Shown: piece by piece, positions 51,571 through 64,000 of the stretch | Numbering within the stretch: the stretch's first letter is position 1 | How the letters are laid out: each line of letters opens with the position of its first letter | Assembly: GCA_024137785.1 (NCBI GenBank) | Contig: JAHRHZ010000042.1 | Location: 25,401,556-25,465,555, forward strand | DNA: 64,000 bases | Origin: Ginglymostoma cirratum | Taxonomy: Eukaryota | Direction: 5' to 3' | Program-made: the position numbers and the translations under genes | Notes under the pieces: model-generated | What the model saw: the letters and a program-made list of their open reading frames with translations, nothing else | Told to the model about the DNA's origin: nothing | Databases searched by the model: none

Positions 51571-52031
51571 CCAACCCAACCCCACCATATACACATACAC
51601 ATCTCCGTTGTTGCTAAAAGACTGAAAAACTGAACATAAGAACGGAACCTAGAAGAGCAGAGATTGATTGTCTTTTCTTTTCACTTCACCAACTAATAGC
51701 TCACTGTATTACCCAAGGCCTGTCTCAGCATTTGTCTCAATAGCTGAAAAAATATGATGAATGGAAGCCTCGGTTTAGGTCGGAGAGGGAAGGGAAATAT
51801 TTCCTTCATTTTCCTTGTCAACCATTCAGCAGGGCCTGGAGCAAACGGGCTGTGTTTTAACCTTGCTGATACTTTGGTTGGGAAATCTGGTCAGCAAGCA
51901 TGAGTTGGGCAGAAGGGTCTGTTTCATGCCATATGACTCTTGACTCGATTATTTGCATCTGTTTTCCACACGTTTCATCTGGAACAGGAGAGGACCAACA
52001 TCTCAGACTGGTAATTACAATAAGTACAAAC

Positions 52032-52236
52032 TGTAGTGATTATAATGAGGTCAGCCACGTGTTCCTTAATTGGGGCTGTTAATCTGATCCAAATAGGGAG
52101 CCCTGGCTGACAGATTAAAGGAGGAGTGTCAAAGGTTCTGCTCACTCTGGGAGAGCTCAATCAGTATCAAGGACGTTCCACATATAAATAAAGGGTGACT
52201 TGGTAAAAGGATACTGGCCTCTGTGCAGTTACTTCA
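52032..52236 (+). mobile_element. About 205-bp solo-LTR-like element
   Basis: TGTAGTGAT...TTACTTCA termini, internal AATAAA, homologous to 12065 and 56422. Confidence 0.65.
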
Positions 52237-52264
52237 CATATGAGCACAGGGAACCCAATTTATT

Positions 52265-52730
52265 TTCAAATAGAAACAGAAAGTGCAAGAGAAACTTAGC
52301 GAGTCTAGCAGAATCTACGGAGAGAGAAATAGAGTTAACATTTTGAGTCCAATATGACTCCAAAGAAGTCTAATACCAGACTCAAAACATTAACTCTGCT
52401 TCTCTCTCCACAAATGCTGCCAGATCTGTTAAGTTTCTTCAGAAACAAAAACCGAAGTTGCTGAAAAAGCTCAGCAGGTCTGGCAGCATCTGTGAAGAAA
52501 AGAATCAGTTAACATTTTGGGTCCAGTGATCCTTCTTGAATTCTGAGGAATGGTCACCGGACCCGAAACGTTAACTCTGATTTTATCTTCACAGATGCTG
52601 CCAGACCTGCTGAGCTTTTCCAGCAACTTCTGTTTTTGTTTCTGATTTACAACATTCACTGTCTTTCAGTTCAAGTTTCTTCAGACCTTAGCTTTTGTTT
52701 CTGTTTTCCAGTATCTACAGTTTTTTTTTA
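52265..52730. mobile_element. Old palindromic Penelope-derived element containing a younger palindromic copy (52443-52672)
   Basis: Two nested inverted repeats; AAGTTTCTTCAG duplicated at 52431-52442 and 52673-52684; hammerhead core CTGAGGA..GACCCGAAACGTT from 52543. Confidence 0.85.
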
Positions 52731-53314
52731 AGTACAATTTTGTCTACTATTTTTTTTCTTCAAAACAAATGATTAGTTGACTGCAGTAAAAGCAGAGCAG
52801 GTAAAAAAGGAGACACAAATTGCTAGGGTAAGCAGCACAAATTGATCGTAATTGAGAATTACTTTCATCAAATAAAGTAGCAGTCTGATCAATTAACTGC
52901 CACAATTGCTTCTGATGTTGCTTTCTACTGTGGAAGGAGAGCAAGTCATTTCAGATTCAATATCAGGTCTTTCGCGACCAACTCTCACATGATTCCAGTG
53001 CCAGTTGCCATTCGAGGTACTCTACCAAAGTTGCTGAAATGTGCATTTAATAATTCCTTATGTGAGGTGCAGCACTGTGAGGGGACATGGAGTCAAAGCA
53101 ATGCTTCTCAAAAGTCGTGAAAATGTGACACAGAAGGTAAGAGTTTGAGAATTTGGTTTTCCATTTTTGTAATTAATGTTCTGTACATTACTGTAAACTC
53201 ATTCTTTGACATTCATTATTTACTGAGTAAGTGAGTTACTAGAATGAATCTTGAGTCATGGTCAGACACAATCTTTTTTCCCCTGAAATATCTGGTTAAG
53301 GTGAACTTTTTTCA

Positions 53315-53665
53315 AATTCATTCAAGGGACATGGGCTTCACTAGCTGGGCATGTATTTACTGCCCATTCCTAATTGCCCAGAGGGCAATTAAGATTCAGC
53401 CACATTGCTGAGGGTCTGGAGTCATTTACGGGCCAGACCAGGTAAGGAAGACAGATTTTCTTCCCTAAAGGGCATTACTGATCTACATAGGTTTTTCCAA
53501 CAATCAACAATGGATTTATGATCATCATTAGACTTTTAACTCCAGATAGGTATTGAATTTAAATTCCACCATCTGCCAAGGCAGGATTCCAACTCGAGCT
53601 CCCAGAACATTAACTGGGCTTATGGATTAACAGTCCAGCAATAATAAAATGTGGCCATAGTCTCC
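53315..53665 (-). mobile_element. Shark SINE with L2-like tail (family of 13900)
   Basis: cccattcctaattgccc..gtctggagtca..ggccagaccaggtaagga..aattccaccatctgcc..agtccagc. Confidence 0.75.
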
Positions 53666-55237
53666 CCAGAAATGCTGAGAAAGACATCTGTTTATCTGCA
53701 ACACTAAACTTTGGTGGGGGAGGCTGGGGTGGGGTGGCGATGGAAGATACAGTGGAATTTGGGGTTGGTGAGAAGAGTAGATTTATATGTGGATATCGCA
53801 GAGATGATTTTCTACAATTGAGATCGCAGCATTGGGGAGATACTTGTACAATAAAGGGCTGATTCAAAGGTCAAAAATGCAAGCAGATTGAACAAAGTCA
53901 AAATGCTATAAATGTACAAAACATGTTGTTATAGTCATCATTGTCTTCATCATGCTCCTTATGCACAAATACAAGGGCAGCTTCAGGTAAAGGCAGATGT
54001 GTCATCAACCATGGAGATTATGAAAGGTGCTGCTGAAATATAGCACTTGACAATGAGCTTTCAGAAAATGCTATCGCTCTGTATTACTCACTCTTCAGGT
54101 GCATTGAGTAGTGATACGTTTCTGGTCTTGCATGAAAGTTCCAAAGAAAAAAGTTCAAGTGAGTGTACACTTTTAATAGTGTGATATTGTGTTAATTAAT
54201 ACCTCTCTCAGTCTGAAAATTACATGTGTGCAGCCTCGTTAAAATCAGAAACAATTATTATAAATGTTGATTTATTTACAACTATTCTATGCCTTTTCTT
54301 TTCCTTTACTAAATCTTATCTTTCTTTCATTGAACATATCTTATCGTGCCTGATTTGATACTAAAGTCCTGACTGCACTCCTATGCAAATATTTGCACTG
54401 GTCATTTTCCAACTCTTTAAGCCGATAACACGTGATGGTAGAGATTATTTTTGCAGTGTTTATTCTCAGCATATAAAAGGGTAGGATGTCGCATCCGTCT
54501 TTTATTTGTGAGAGTTGAAACTGATCTTGGGGGAGACCTAAAGCAGACAGTAAATAATTGTCATCCATTCTGTGCAGTATCTGATTCAGTTACGTTACAG
54601 CCGGTGGAATTAAATAGCAGACATTGTATACCTTCATCCCATAAAACCCAATATAAATTTTGAGTGCGTGAGTTGCAGGACAAACGTGTCAACATGAAAC
54701 AAGCAAAGACACGTCCGAGTAAGAGTGAGTATCATTTGTTCTATTGCCACAACAGAACAATATTTTCTTTACTTATTGATGTTTACACAGTTCTCACAAT
54801 ATAAACAGGACAAGACTAAACTTCAGTTTAAATAATTCAGTTAAGTTCTATCTCCCTTGATGGAGTTATAGATTTTCTTTTTGCAGCATTCAAAGACTGA
54901 CACTCATTCTAAACTTCACTGTGTGCAAAGTCCAGCCTGATGAATGGTATTGTATACCTCAAGATACCTGTATTTAAACAGAGTCTAAGCCCATACTTTT
55001 AGTGAGAGCTATACTTCAATTAAGCATTGTCTTAAATAAAACTCTTGCCTAATGATTAATGGCTAACCTATCTATGCAACCATTTTGTACACAATTAACC
55101 CTTAATAAATATATCCAACATCCATTTTCTTCATTCTACAACATCTCAGGCACTCTTTAGATCATACTAAATGATATCAAATGAAGGAATGACATGTTTT
55201 CTTTCCAGAAAAACCCAGAGAACACACATATCAATCA

Positions 55238-55996
55238 AGGGCATGATTTTCAGGATCTCTGTCAAGGTCAGGACAGGAAATAGATAAGACTTTGGGGAAT
55301 TACGAGGCTGACCAGCATTCCCCATTTTCCAGCTTCGTTTCTCGCCTCTTCAATTTTGACTGTCTCTGTTTAGGAGTCCAGCAAGATCTCTTCCCCCAAA
55401 ATGTGGGAGGTTATTCGGCAAGTTAAAAACCATGTAAACCTGGAATTAATAAGATCCAACAGGATTTTCCAGTTGGCCTTCAGTTCTGTGACATGACAGA
55501 GTAGGGCATCTTATCTCATAGAGATGGGCACCCAGCGACATGATGTGGTGCCAGTTCTGCAGGTAGGACTACAGACCATCACTGCCTCGGGTTGTAGAGT
55601 GAGGGTGCAGGAAAAGGCTCACTTCGTTGCCAAAACCCCCATCCCTGACCTCTATCTATCCTTCCCCCAAACACTCCAAAATCCCCTTCATTTCCAGGAG
55701 TAGTAACCCTATTACTTTCTACATTTTATCCTTTTTCTTTTGCAAGTGGCATTTACATGTTGTACTGACCTCTCACTGACATAGAGTTTACTGTGACTGG
55801 GGTCTCCTCTTGCTTCTACCCTTTCTAGAAGGCTTTCAAGAATCGTTGTCACACTGAATTGGGCAGGTTTGTCCCATGCCAATAAAAGGGACTCCACTGT
55901 GAAAATTCCAAGCCCAGAGCACTCTTTCCAGCTTGAATATGTGACTCAGATATGGGTGCAGCTTCTGTTTCCCATCCCTAAAGCAAAAATTGTCCC
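55238..55996. mobile_element. Possible old MITE-like repeat
   Basis: gggcatgattttc at the left end; gaaaattccaagccc and aaaattgtccc at the right resemble degenerate TIRs. Confidence 0.3.
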
Positions 55997-56421
55997 TGCG
56001 CTGTGAGTTGCAGAATATTTAATGGCCTACATTCAATTTGACATTGTATTTGCAAACCACTTGGAGACAGTTCACTCCAGGTGACCTGCCAGCCTATTTG
56101 CTTCTACTTTTGCCAATGGGATAAATGAAAAACTGGTGTCAATTAATAAATTTTAACAGCTAAGTAACTTTACTGCAGAATGATGGCTTTGCAGGCCATT
56201 GCTGGATGAGCGATTTTAATACTTCACAACATTACTGATGTTTTAACATTGTGTTATACCAGCTAGCCCTCAAAAATAGAGCAGGAAATTGAAGAGAATC
56301 ATTCATACCCGCCCTTCTTTAGGTCTCAACAGTTCAGAGTGGCATTGAATGACTGGTCCTGCTCATGGACTGTTCAGCTGCCCTTTAAGGCTGGGATTTT
56401 GTGTAGCAACCCAGTACGGAG

Positions 56422-56634
56422 TGAAATAACTTCATGAAGATCAGTATCCCATCACCCAATGTACATGACCCAGACACAGCTAGCTCAGAGCCAGCTCCTG
56501 GACCGAACAGAACCCCTGAGATTCCTGTTTATGTCTGTCAGCCAGGGTTTCCTGATTGGGCCAGGTTAACAGCCCCAGTGATGGAACTCATATTTTATGA
56601 TGTCCACCTGGCTGGACTCTTGACAATCACTGCA
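56422..56634 (-). mobile_element. About 210-bp solo-LTR-like element
   Basis: Reverse complement TGCAGTGAT...TTATTTCA; core ggggctgttaacctggcccaatcaggaaaccctggctgacag. Confidence 0.65.
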
Positions 56635-57648
56635 TAGAGAATAACGTATTTTTCAGAAGGTATTTGGGTGAAATACATTGGAGCAGTGCACAGTGATGTG
56701 GAGCGCTGAAGCATTTGCAATTCTTAATCATACTTCAGTGGAAGTAGGGACACAATACTGAAGAGGTAAGAAGAAAACAGGTGACACTTTCACTGAGTAA
56801 ATATTTAGTTGCGTGCGGGGTTGGAACCTGGAGTAATTCAGCTATCTCTGAGCCTCAGCTAGTGACACCAAGTGTAGAGAAAGTAATTCTAAAATTTGAA
56901 ATAAATTAGCATGATACATCAAGTCACTTTATAAAGACAAATCACATTAGGGGTCATATAAGCATACAATACTCTTGAGTTTAAATGGAGTATAAAGCCT
57001 GGTAGAATTCTGCCCCTGAATATGACATCGGCATAATGAGGAGTTACATTCTATCTCATGGCTCAATGTCATATTCCATTTAAAGTACTGCTGTGAGTAC
57101 CTTGGAACATTTGATAACATTAAAGTGCCTACATAAATATAAATTGTTGCTGCTGTTGAGTCACAAAAGAAATAAAAAAACAAGACATTCAGTATCAGAA
57201 GTGCCGCTCACAATTGTAGGTTTTATTATCTTACGGCAATGTGATCATGATCAAAGTGCTTCTTGAATACAATGCTTTGACTGCTAAAGTGCTGTGTGTA
57301 TGTGCAATTTAGATGATCTTTCTGTGTTAAGTGTCAAACAGAAAGTATCAGCTGGAACAGCAATTTGTCATGGTGATAAACTTTGAAAGCAGAAGACACA
57401 TTTGACTGCCTACCCTTTAGTAGCAACAGTCTAGTGGGGACGGATGGTCTATCAGTGCAGAGAACAAGCGTGCAGGAATAGATCACTTATTACTTCAAAA
57501 TAAAAATGGGAAATAAAAAACACCAAAAGACTAAGAAAACAATGTGGGAAGAAAATATATCAGACCATACTTAAGTGATTCTCCAATCAAGCCTGTTGAG
57601 TCACGGTGCACTTACTGAGATTCAAAGCAAAAACACTCAGCATCTCAT

Positions 57649-57940
57649 ATGGGTGGCACAGTGGCTCAGTAGTTAACATGGCTGCCTTACAGCGCCAGGG
57701 ATCCAGCTTCGATTGCACTCTCAGATAACAATCTGTGTGGAGTTTGCCCATTCTCCCTGTGTCTGCGTGGGTTTCCTCCAGGTGCTCTGGTTTCCTCCCA
57801 TGGCCCAAAGATGTGTAGGCTAGGTGGGTTCACCATGGGAAATGCAGGGTTGCAAGAATAGGGTAGGGTAGGGGATGGGTCTGGATGGGGTGCTCTTCAG
57901 AACTTTGGCGCGGACTTCCACTTTGTAGGAATTCTCTGTA
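57649..57940 (+). mobile_element. HE1-type SINE
   Basis: gggtggcacagtggctcagtagttaac..tctgtgtggagtttgcccattctccctgtgtctgcgtgggtttcc. Confidence 0.88.
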
Positions 57941-59289
57941 CTCCATCAAGACGCGCGTGAAGAAACTGAAGCTTGTTTTTGAAAACAAAATACAGGATAT
58001 CTTTGACAAAATTTTGTCCGATTGTTCACATGAACATAAAAGACAGGCTCTAATAGCAAATGTAGCCACAAGAACTGGAATGTCACAAGTTTGTTTTCTA
58101 AGGCTGGTAAAATTAAAGCTGCTGACCTGAGCCACTTTTGAAGGGAAAAGCTGGTCTCGAAAACTCTAGGCCAGAGAGGAATAGTTTCACTAATTGAAAC
58201 TTGTTGAGATTACCATGATGGACCCTCCTTTCAATCTCTTCATTTGACTGCCCCATGGTGACCTTTGAGTTACACTCACCACCCATCAGCTCTCACTGAA
58301 GGGAAAGCAACCCTATGGTCTGGTAAAACTGTGATGATTTACCTTTTATTTGTTGTGAGATGTATGCGAGCACAAGTAATTCAGGTGCAGTGCTGTCTAG
58401 AGACACATAGCCACAAAACACAGTATCGCAGCTTACACAGGAAGATGATTAATTGGATGCAATACTGGAAGGATAATGAATGCTATACATAAAAGGATCT
58501 GCTTCCCCAAAACAACTCTTAATTATATAGCTTCCCAAGGTACTATACAAATATGTAATCACATAAAACTGAAATTCAACTAAAGAAGGATGAAATATAA
58601 CATGTGCTCGAAAACTGAGTCATAGAAATGCCTCTTAAGGAGTATTTTATGGGAGTTGTGACATAGCGAAGTTGAAGGAAGGAATCTCGGGGCTTAGTCC
58701 TCAGCCCTTTGTAGGTGCAATGAAAGGACAAAGAAAATTAAGGATGCACAGAAGACTCCAGTTGAAAAAACTCTCAGTTTTCAAATAATTGGAGGAGGTT
58801 TGAAAAGGAGGGTGTGCTCTAGGAACATCCAATTTTAAAATCAAGGTGTGACTTAGGGGACATGGGGGTGGGGCTACCATTTAAATATAACTAACACTTA
58901 CAGCTGGTTATATAAGGGACATTAATGCAGTTGAGCTGATTCAACCATTCACTGTTTGGTTGCAGCACAATCAGAGAGAAAATTTATAAACAAGGAAGGA
59001 AGTGGATTTAGGTGAAAGTACTGAGAATTTGAGAAATGTCCCAAGCACTTTGATGCAAAACTCTTAGTATTCAGAAACAAGACAGAACAAATGCATTTCT
59101 TGAGACAACAAGTCATCAGAGCTGAGTGTTACCTCAACATCAATGTTCTTGTTGCATCCCAGCACTTGGCATAAATAGACTTCTTTAACTCACTCCTGTC
59201 TTGCATTTTGAGATTGTTCATGAACCTATTGATATTTAACATGTTGCTTCACCATTCAGTATTTCTGCTCACCAAAATTAACAGAAGCA

Positions 59290-61170
59290 GGAAAACAATG
59301 TTGGAAAAAGGCAAATACATCAGCAAGTGCAAAATCCTGACGATCTAATGGTTTATCCCGGCCATTTAAAGGAAGTATTGAGGAAATTGTAAATTGCTTC
59401 AGCCATAATATTTCAAAGCTTGATTCAGGAAGTATCCCTTTATGTTAGAAATTGCAAATAAAACTGTGGTTGTGTGTGGGTGTGTGTGTACATGCACACA
59501 CTCGCAGGCGTATTAGCTTTAGTGAGAGAGACAAACCAGGAAATTATAGTGTTGCTAAGCTAGCATCTGTTATGGGAAAGTCCGTGGGAGCTATAACCAA
59601 GCAACTGAGAACTATGAGGAATTTAAGTTGAATAGCAATAGCCAACATGGATTTGTAAAGGGTAGGTTATTTTTGAAATTCATTTATGGGACATGGCTAA
59701 ATTAGCATTTATTCCCCATCTGTAATTGAGATTCAACTACATTGCTATAGTTCTGGAGTCCCATATAGGCCAGACCAAGTGAGGATGGAAGATTTTCTTC
59801 CCTAAAGGACATTAGGTCATGATGAACGAATGTTTCTGAATCTTTGAAGGAAGAAGCTGAAGTAATAAACAGTAGAGTGTCTACGGATGGAGTTAACATC
59901 AACTAACTTCAGTAACTTTCTCCAAATATTCAGAAACATTTATTGTCCTTAAGGTTAAATAACTCCAATTAGAAAATTATTAGGTAAAACTAAAGCGAAC
60001 AGGATGCAAAGTAAATTATCCACCTGATCAGACAGGAGGAAAATGAAGTATATTCAAATTGGAACGATTTGGCTACTTGTGTTCTGCAAGGATCTGTGCA
60101 AGGTCCTATTCACTGTGTGTATTAATAACTCAGATAAAACAATGGAAAGCCACATATTCATATATGGAATGGGACCATAACATTACAAAGAAACATTTAT
60201 AGATTAAATGAGTAGTAAAGTTATCACAGATGCTTTAAACACGAGACCATCCATTTTGGACCATAAAGGGATAGATCAGAATCTTTGTTTTCCAAATGAT
60301 GAAAGACTAGATATTTTGGAGGTCCAGAGAGATTTTGGGACCCATGTACATATTTGTTAAAACATAATATACAAAACAAAAAGACTAAAGGAATATTAGT
60401 TTCACTATCGACAGACTTGGAATATAAAGGGGAGGACATTTTGCTCCAGCTGTGAAAGACCTAATTAGACAACTTCTCGACTATACACAGCCTGGACATA
60501 CTTTACCAATGACAATTTGGCTGAAGAAATAATGCAGTGCATATTCATAAAGATGATGATCTATCAGGGCTCCTAGGGATTAAACTACGCAACACAAAAT
60601 ATTGGATCATGCCATTCGGCCCTTCGAGTGTGTAAGATATTCAAAAGACCAAGTCTGAACTCTGACTTCAACCTCACAGTCTTATGCCTGCCTCTTGTCC
60701 CTCAATTGCCTGATGCAATACCATGTAACATTTTGCTCTCAATTTCCCTGAACGTCCTGCTACCTTTCCACTGTTATCCTCTTGAACACAGCATAGCAAA
60801 CGAAATTACATAAATGACACTTGTATTCTCTGGAATGTATAAAGTTGAAGGAGAATTTGATTGTGGTTTCAGGAGTGTGAAAGGAATTAATAGGGCGGGT
60901 GGGGAGAAAAAAAGTCTGCATAAAGAGCCAAACCATTTGGGGGAGAGGTTGGGAAAAAGCTTTGAAGTAACAGATCTGAGAACTGTGGACAGTAGCTTTC
61001 TTCCACAAAAAAAATGCAGCAATTCTTATTCAATTGACAATAATAAATTTAATGATTTTTTTTTCTGGCCAAGTATATTGAAGGATATGGAAACAAGGTG
61101 GATGAATGAATAGAATTAGAATACAGATCAGCCACAATCTCATTTAATTATGGAATATTTCTATGTATCT
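59290..61170 (+). mobile_element. Highly decayed CR1 ORF2, interrupted by a TG tract, a SINE and an antisense CR1 tail
   Basis: Remnants of ILKEV.EEIV..LAIIFQS, KPGNY..LASVMGK, SQHGFVKGR; 3' acagatcagccac. Confidence 0.7.
59680..59830 (-). mobile_element. 3' part of shark SINE (family of 13900)
   Basis: cattgctatagttctggagtcc..aggccagacca..gattttcttccctaaaggacattag. Confidence 0.65.
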
Positions 61171-61222
61171 GCAATTTAAAGTGACTAAAATTAGAAACAA
61201 TCACATAGATCACATAGACAAC

Positions 61223-61260
61223 AGGTCTGAGGAAGGGTCACCGGACCCGAAACGTTAACT
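61223..61260 (+). ncRNA. Minimal type I hammerhead ribozyme, core intact
   Basis: aggt-CTGAGGA-A-GGGTC(accg)GACCC-GAAAC-GTT-aact: CUGANGA and GAAA core, 5-bp stem II, palindromic AACGTT in place of stem III. Confidence 0.7.
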
Positions 61261-61355
61261 CTGTTTTCTCCTTCACAGATGCTGCTAGACCTGCTGAGCT
61301 TTTCCAGCGATTTTGTTTTTGTTCCTGATTTACAGCATCCACAGTTCTTTTGTTT
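61223..61355 (+). mobile_element. Penelope-derived short element beginning at the hammerhead
   Basis: Same tail as 52543-52670: ttaactctg..ttcacagatgctgc.agacctgctgagcttttccagc..gatttacagcatcc. Confidence 0.85.
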
Positions 61356-61994
61356 TTTACAAAAATTCTGAGACAATTTTTAACAAAAGTACTTTTAAGA
61401 AGCCCAACCAAATAATTGTGGTTATACCTTGAGCTATTTAAAGGCATTGCCTACTGCAGTGTGTCCTGCTACTCATTTAGCTCAGGTGCTTTCACACTCC
61501 CTAAGTTTTAAAAAGTTATGCAAGTTCAATCCAAGCCCTGAGCATGCAACCCAGGCAGAGAATGCAGTGTTGCACCATATGTAGAATACCCTATTGAGGA
61601 GATATTAAACCTAGATCTCTACTACCTAATCTAGCGATTATGTGAATGTTAAAAGATAAGGCTAATGAGCCAGAGACAAAACCTCAAATTTCACCACAGC
61701 GGCTGTGGCATTTAAATTCAATTAACTGAATAAAATTCTAGAATTAAAAGCTAGAATTAATAATGGTAATCTAAAATGACTGCATTGTTGTAAAAAAAAA
61801 TCTCACTGGTTAACTAACGCCTTGTAGGGCACGAAATTTGCTATTGTCATGCCTCACTGGTAGAAATCAAACTCTGTTATTCCCAGAATCTTGCCAAAGT
61901 TAAAGATTTGATAAAAGTATCAAAATGTTAATTTGCCTGTCTTTTTTGACCCAGGTTAATAGAAAACGCAGTCAAGGTTTCTGTACTTAACAAG

Positions 61995-62090
61995 AATCCA
62001 AAGATGTGCAGGTTAAGTGGATTGGCCATGCCAATGTGGATTTGTTGGGGCAAATGGCCTGTTTCCACACAGTAGGGATTCTATTCTATG
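61995..62090 (+). mobile_element. Internally deleted HE1 SINE fragment
   Basis: tccaaagatgtgcaggttaagtggattggccatg joined to gggcaaatggcctgtttccacacagtagggattcta. Confidence 0.65.
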
Positions 62091-64000
62091 ACAAGAATCA
62101 CTATTCACTAAAACAAAGATTCCAACCACAGGTAAACATTGATGAGCTGCTGACTTATATTCTACTCAATAAAACTCTAACCTTCTTATGCTATCCTTAT
62201 ACACATAGACAAATAGACACAAAAACTTTGGTGCTCTGGGTGGGCAATAAAATAACTGGGGAAGCAGCTCATGAGCTTCCGTCCATGTGGTTTGCTGAGG
62301 TGATCTTTTGTTTGCCAGGGTTTTGTTCTTCAGTTTATCTCTACTCCAGGCTCTTTTCACTTCTTCGCAGGAGGCAGAAGCAATTGACAGGTAAACTGCA
62401 GTGTTTCTCAACAACTGATGAGGGAAAATAAACTGGCTTTGTTCAGGCTGTTGGTATTTTACTGAAGAGAAATAGAGCCCACCTCCCCTTTCAGGAGTTT
62501 GAACTCCTGCCAGTAACGTTCACACCCACATGTTGTTGGTTACCCGGAGGCCAATCCAGTTGTTGTTGTCATGCTAATGACCTTTGTCATCTCCAACTGA
62601 TCATAACTCCAGAATCGAATCAATTACTTGTCACTGGCCAAATCTCAGGTTCCAGTAACTTAACAAGAAATGTGCAGCAATTTGTTTCACAATCTAGCGT
62701 TTTAAAAATCCTTTTCCTATTTCAGCCCACAATCAAAAATAAAAAGATACGGTCTTTACACGTTGCTTACCTAGTCTGGCTCTCTGGCCACGTAGACTCT
62801 ACACATCTCACTGAAATGCCCTAGTAAGTGAGTCAGTTGCATTCAAGAAAGGATGATTGCATGGCCACCACTTCCTCAAGAGTCATTACACATGAGCAGT
62901 AAAGATAAGACCTGCCAAGAAAACCCATATCTGGTGAATGAAGTTTTGGAAAAGGAGCTCATGACACTGCTCAAAGAAGTCTCGTCACAGCCGTGGTCCA
63001 ATCTGGAATTGTCCAAGGATTAGAAGCAGCTTTGGGAAAGACGCCAAAGAAAGTGGTTGGCAGTGAAACATCACAATTCAGCAATGAACACTGCACACAA
63101 AATAAAACATACTCTACAGCCAAATGTGTGTTCCCAAAATCATTTTGATCTTGAGATGATGTACAACCCTCAGGGCGTTTTTGATTGCGCAGTCACTGAC
63201 ATGATATCCTGTAAAATATTGACTTTTGTTTCCCTTTACATTTGGGCATCATTCCCTGGTAGTCTATTGATCAGAGAAAGACAGCAGATGCGATCCATAA
63301 GATATTTGCGCAACACAAGGACCCTGGAGCTGCATGAAGTGGGATCGTACTTGAAGAGCAGAAAAGATATTGTCTTTTTATTCGCAACTCTCCCTTCATG
63401 AAGAATTGAAGATTATATCATTACTGTCATCACCTGAAGCATGTAACACTTGACTGTACAAATCTGACAACTATTTGTTATATTGGCCAATTATGCAAAG
63501 TATTTGATCAAAAAGCTACTACACGTTCAAGTGTAATCACAAATGTTGCCCAAAAAAAGACATTATGGTGAATGTAAAACAGCATGAAGGATTAGATCTA
63601 CATTTGAAAATAAAACGATCACAATTGAACAGGCCGGTAAAGTTCCACTGAAGAAAAGCACTAGCAATAAATTTGTTTGGAGTTGAGAGGCAAAAGATTG
63701 AGACTAGTGTGGAAAACCCTCATGAAAATGGCAGAATTCTTACCAATGGAGTTAGAAATTATTTATACCTCTGTATGTTGATTCCAACAACCTCAGGGAA
63801 ACAATGGTTACTGCCAAGTAACCACAGAATTCTGATTTGAAATTTCAAATAGATTCAATAACCAAGACAGCACAGCTGAGATTTCCATCTATGTGTTGAA
63901 GCCATTGATTTTGGGTTCAGAATGGACATGTGCAAAAGAAATTATTGATGGGAAGCAGCGTTAGTTGCAGCTGTAATCTAGCAGTCCAGTATTGTTTCAT

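Noticed and set aside
54099-54158. 60-bp plus-strand exon-like segment (ttcag|G..ALSSDTFLVLHESSKEKSS|gtgagt)
   Set aside because: Splice signals are plausible, but such matches are expected by chance in 64 kb; there is no recognisable protein and it is on the opposite strand from the better candidate
62006-63401. ORFs of 141 and 114 aa near the window end
   Set aside because: The first begins in an HE1 fragment; neither shows domain similarity or exon structure

Overview
This is AT-rich eukaryotic DNA, not prokaryotic. The repeat inventory (HE1-type tRNA-derived SINEs, CR1 and Rex1/Babar LINEs, Penelope-like elements) points to an elasmobranch, most likely a shark. The window reads as intron or intergenic sequence with no intact protein-coding gene. 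The recognisable ORFs are retrotransposon fragments, and the rest look like chance ORFs. There are four highlights. (1) A heavily decayed LTR retrotransposon at about 1280-5281 has gag-protease-integrase order, two diverged LTRs and a tRNA-Met-like PBS; it resembles GalEa-type Ty1/copia, has lost RT/RNaseH, and its 5' LTR is split by nested insertions. (2) Short non-coding Penelope-derived elements carry minimal hammerhead-ribozyme cores, and several form inverted-repeat insertions with 8-12 bp target-site duplications. (3) A head-to-tail cluster of about 110-bp tRNA-derived monomers lies at 26960-27630. (4) One credible 86-bp minus-strand coding exon candidate lies at 18712-18797. All calls were made by eye, and repeat boundaries are approximate unless a TSD or terminal motif is quoted.
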